From the IMG/VR virus record IMGVR_UViG_2541047934_000011: a stretch of 7,686 nt of DNA; one strand, given 5' to 3'. Below the pieces are notes generated by a model. The model was not told the DNA's origin. It saw only the letters and a program-made list of their open reading frames with translations, and did no database searches. Shown piece by piece: positions 6,516-7,686 of the stretch (position 1 is its first letter; every line of letters begins with the position of its first letter). The DNA is from a virus (lineage: Duplodnaviria > Heunggongvirae > Uroviricota > Caudoviricetes). Made by a program: the position numbers and the translations under genes.

Positions 6516-6737
6516 ATGAAAGGCAGAACGCCACACATTGAACATCAAGCCAACCACTTCCCTGATGTTCGCAATGAGATGATTGCCATTCGCGGTGATA
6601 TGCACGGATTGGAGCGTCGAATTATTGATAAGATTGATGAAAATAGAGATAAGGCCAGTGAAAATCAAAAGTGGATCATCGGCCTGTTGATTTTATCAAT
6701 TCTTATCCCGCTACTTATCGCATTGGTCACAAAATGA
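6516..6737 (+). CDS. XhlA-like (hemolysin XhlA family) small tail-anchored membrane protein, 73 aa
   Basis: Strong SD GGTGAGGA (6502..6509) 6 nt before the ATG. Predicted coiled-coil N-terminus and a single C-terminal hydrophobic helix (WIIGLLILSILIPLLIALV). The ENQKW motif just before the transmembrane segment recalls the XhlA family of phage lysis-associated proteins. Confidence 0.6.
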   Translation: MKGRTPHIEHQANHFPDVRNEMIAIRGDMHGLERRIIDKIDENRDKASENQKWIIGLLILSILIPLLIALVTK

Positions 6738-6760
6738 ATATCCAATGTGTATGCTGTCGA

Positions 6761-6781
6761 TGCTACGCGCGCGTACTTGTC
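6761..6781 (+). repeat. Repeat family copy b: TGCTA(CG)4TACTTGTC, containing the 12-bp palindrome TACGCGCGCGTA
   Basis: tgctacgcgcgcgtacttgtc, followed by GCAAAATATCAG. Matches copy a over about 35 bp with one fewer CG unit and a few substitutions. Lies 24 bp downstream of the XhlA-like stop. Confidence 0.85.
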
Positions 6782-6998
6782 GCAAAATATCAGGCAAAGG
6801 CCAGATTCAGAAAGTCGTGATAACCACCAGCACAACATGAGAGGTCATGTAACGCGATTTATCACACCAGATACATGTGATTGGTGTACCCGCATAAAAC
6901 ATCGTCATAGCGCGTCCTGTGCGCATATACGCCGATAATCAACACATCACCACCACTCTGTCTCATGTAGAGAACAGTTTTATGGTATCCCCCGCCAT

Positions 6999-7148
6999 CG
7001 TGTGCGTACTGGTCGGACGCAGTTGCAAAAAATTTTGCAACTGATACCCCTCGCGCGCGTACTGGTCACGAAATTGGTGTTTTGCTGTGGCAGTGATATC
7101 AGAAAAATCTTCCTGTTTCACATAAAGCGGATATGCGCGTACTGTAAC
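6999..7148 (+). promoter_or_regulatory. Repeat and palindrome cluster upstream of the 7259 gene: three more family copies plus an operator-like palindrome
   Basis: GTGTGCGTACTGGTC at 6999..7013; palindrome AGTTGCAAAA-aa-TTTTGCAACT at 7021..7042; TCGCGCGCGTACTGGTCACGAAAT at 7051..7074; TGCGCGTACTGTAAC at 7134..7148. All repeat copies are in the same orientation. Confidence 0.6.
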
Positions 7149-7258
7149 GGCCCCATCAACTGGGAGCGGACTTGAAATCCCGACCCAAGCTATGTACCAA
7201 ATGCCATGTCTTGGATATATGATGATTGCCATTCTAAACAACGCTAAAGGGGGTTGGT

Positions 7259-7537
7259 GTGAGCAGAAAAGATACTAAAGAATTGCTAACTATCTGCATG
7301 GTGTACTTTTCAATTTATTTTTGTGCATACATGATAGTCCCAGATGAGTTTGAACATGGCAGTATTATTTATTCCATAACATTCTATTTTTTAGAGCTAA
7401 CACCAATTTTGGCTATCCTTTTGGGAATACATATTTATTTTTCCTTAAAAAAAGAATCGACTAATTGGGAGAAGGTATGGAGAGACAGAGGATTTCTAAG
7501 GAAGGTGCGAATAAGCGGGGAAATTCTTCTCGGCTGA
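7259..7537 (+). pseudogene. Small AT-rich two-transmembrane-helix membrane protein gene interrupted by IS5 (native part 7259..7499, about 80 codons; the last 12 codons and the stop are IS5-encoded)
   Basis: GTG start at 7259 with SD AGGGGG 5 nt upstream. Two hydrophobic helices (LLTICMVYFSIYFCAYMIV and IIYSITFYFLELTPILAILLGIHIYFSL) then a charged tail. The reading frame runs across the IS5 junction at 7500, so the C-terminus ...RKVRISGEILLG is read from the IS5 terminal repeat. The original 3' end is unknown. Confidence 0.5.
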
Positions 7538-7686
7538 CTCAGTCATTTCATTTCTTCATGTTTGAGCCGATTTTTTCTCCCGTAAATGCCTTGAATCAGC
7601 CTATTTAGACCGTTTCTTCGCCATTTAAGGCGTTATCCCCAGTTTTTAGTGAGATCTCTCCCACTGACGTATCATTTGGTCCACCC
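7500..7686 (-). mobile_element. IS5, partial (first 187 bp of the element; the window ends inside it)
   Basis: GGAAGGTGCGAATAAGCGGGGAAATTCTTCTCGGCTGACTCAGTCATTTC... from 7500 matches the IS5 terminal inverted repeat and adjacent sequence as recalled. It is preceded by CTAA (7496..7499), which fits the known IS5 target preference C(T/A)A(G/A). The transposase is on the minus strand. Confidence 0.88.
7646..7686 (-). CDS. insH: IS5 transposase InsH, C-terminal fragment (5'-truncated by the window end)
   Basis: Minus-strand translation of 7684..7649 gives VDQMIRQWERSH followed by stop TAA (7648..7646). This matches the recalled InsH C-terminus ...ADQMIRQWERSH, with one A-to-V difference. Confidence 0.7.
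   Translation of the reverse strand, partial: VDQMIRQWERSH

Noticed and set aside
6747-6938. 63-aa plus-strand ORF with Cys/His-rich C-terminus
   Set aside because: No Shine-Dalgarno, and its N-terminus is the translated repeat element (copy b). I considered a zinc-ribbon (C..C...H.H..C.H) but found no support beyond residue composition.
6963-7241. 92-aa minus-strand ORF
   Set aside because: Covers the repeat and palindrome control region (6999..7148). No RBS. Most likely non-coding regulatory DNA.
1-7686. tRNA, rRNA or tmRNA genes
   Set aside because: No T-loop (GTTCGAATC-like) and acceptor-stem architecture, and no rRNA-like conserved blocks, were seen on either strand. This needs confirmation with tRNAscan-SE/Infernal.

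Overview
This 7.7-kb window is an IS-bounded accessory segment. It begins exactly at the left end of a complete IS2 (1..1331, insC/insD with the A6G frameshift site) and runs off inside an IS5 copy (7500..7686) that has interrupted a small membrane-protein gene. Between the two IS elements lie: (i) about 2.4 kb of AT-rich, repeat-dense DNA with no convincing long ORF (1545..3920), carrying a dispersed CTGTGTAAT motif, phased T-tracts, 21-bp-spaced direct repeats and one well-supported 52-aa basic ORF absent from the ORF track; (ii) a GC-richer block with a leftward gene string (PerC-family regulator, 61-aa ORF, pRiA4b-ORF3-like protein) convergent with a 119-aa hypothetical gene; (iii) an iteron-like array (5 tandem 9-bp GTTGGTTCA units plus 3 inverted copies phased at 21 bp) in the divergent promoter region between the PerC-like gene and a ribbon-helix-helix (RHH) protein gene; (iv) an XhlA-like tail-anchored membrane protein; (v) a roughly 23-35 bp repeat family built around a (CG)4-5 palindrome, present in five same-orientation copies. 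No rRNA, tRNA or CRISPR was seen. The segment is most likely plasmid or prophage/island cargo from an Enterobacteriaceae host, but I could not place it on a known replicon from the sequence alone. Product names come from recognised sequence features and recalled family signatures, not from database searches. The best candidates for an undescribed system are the iteron array with its flanking PerC-like and RHH genes, and the RHH/XhlA-like/2-TM membrane protein cluster; none is demonstrated.
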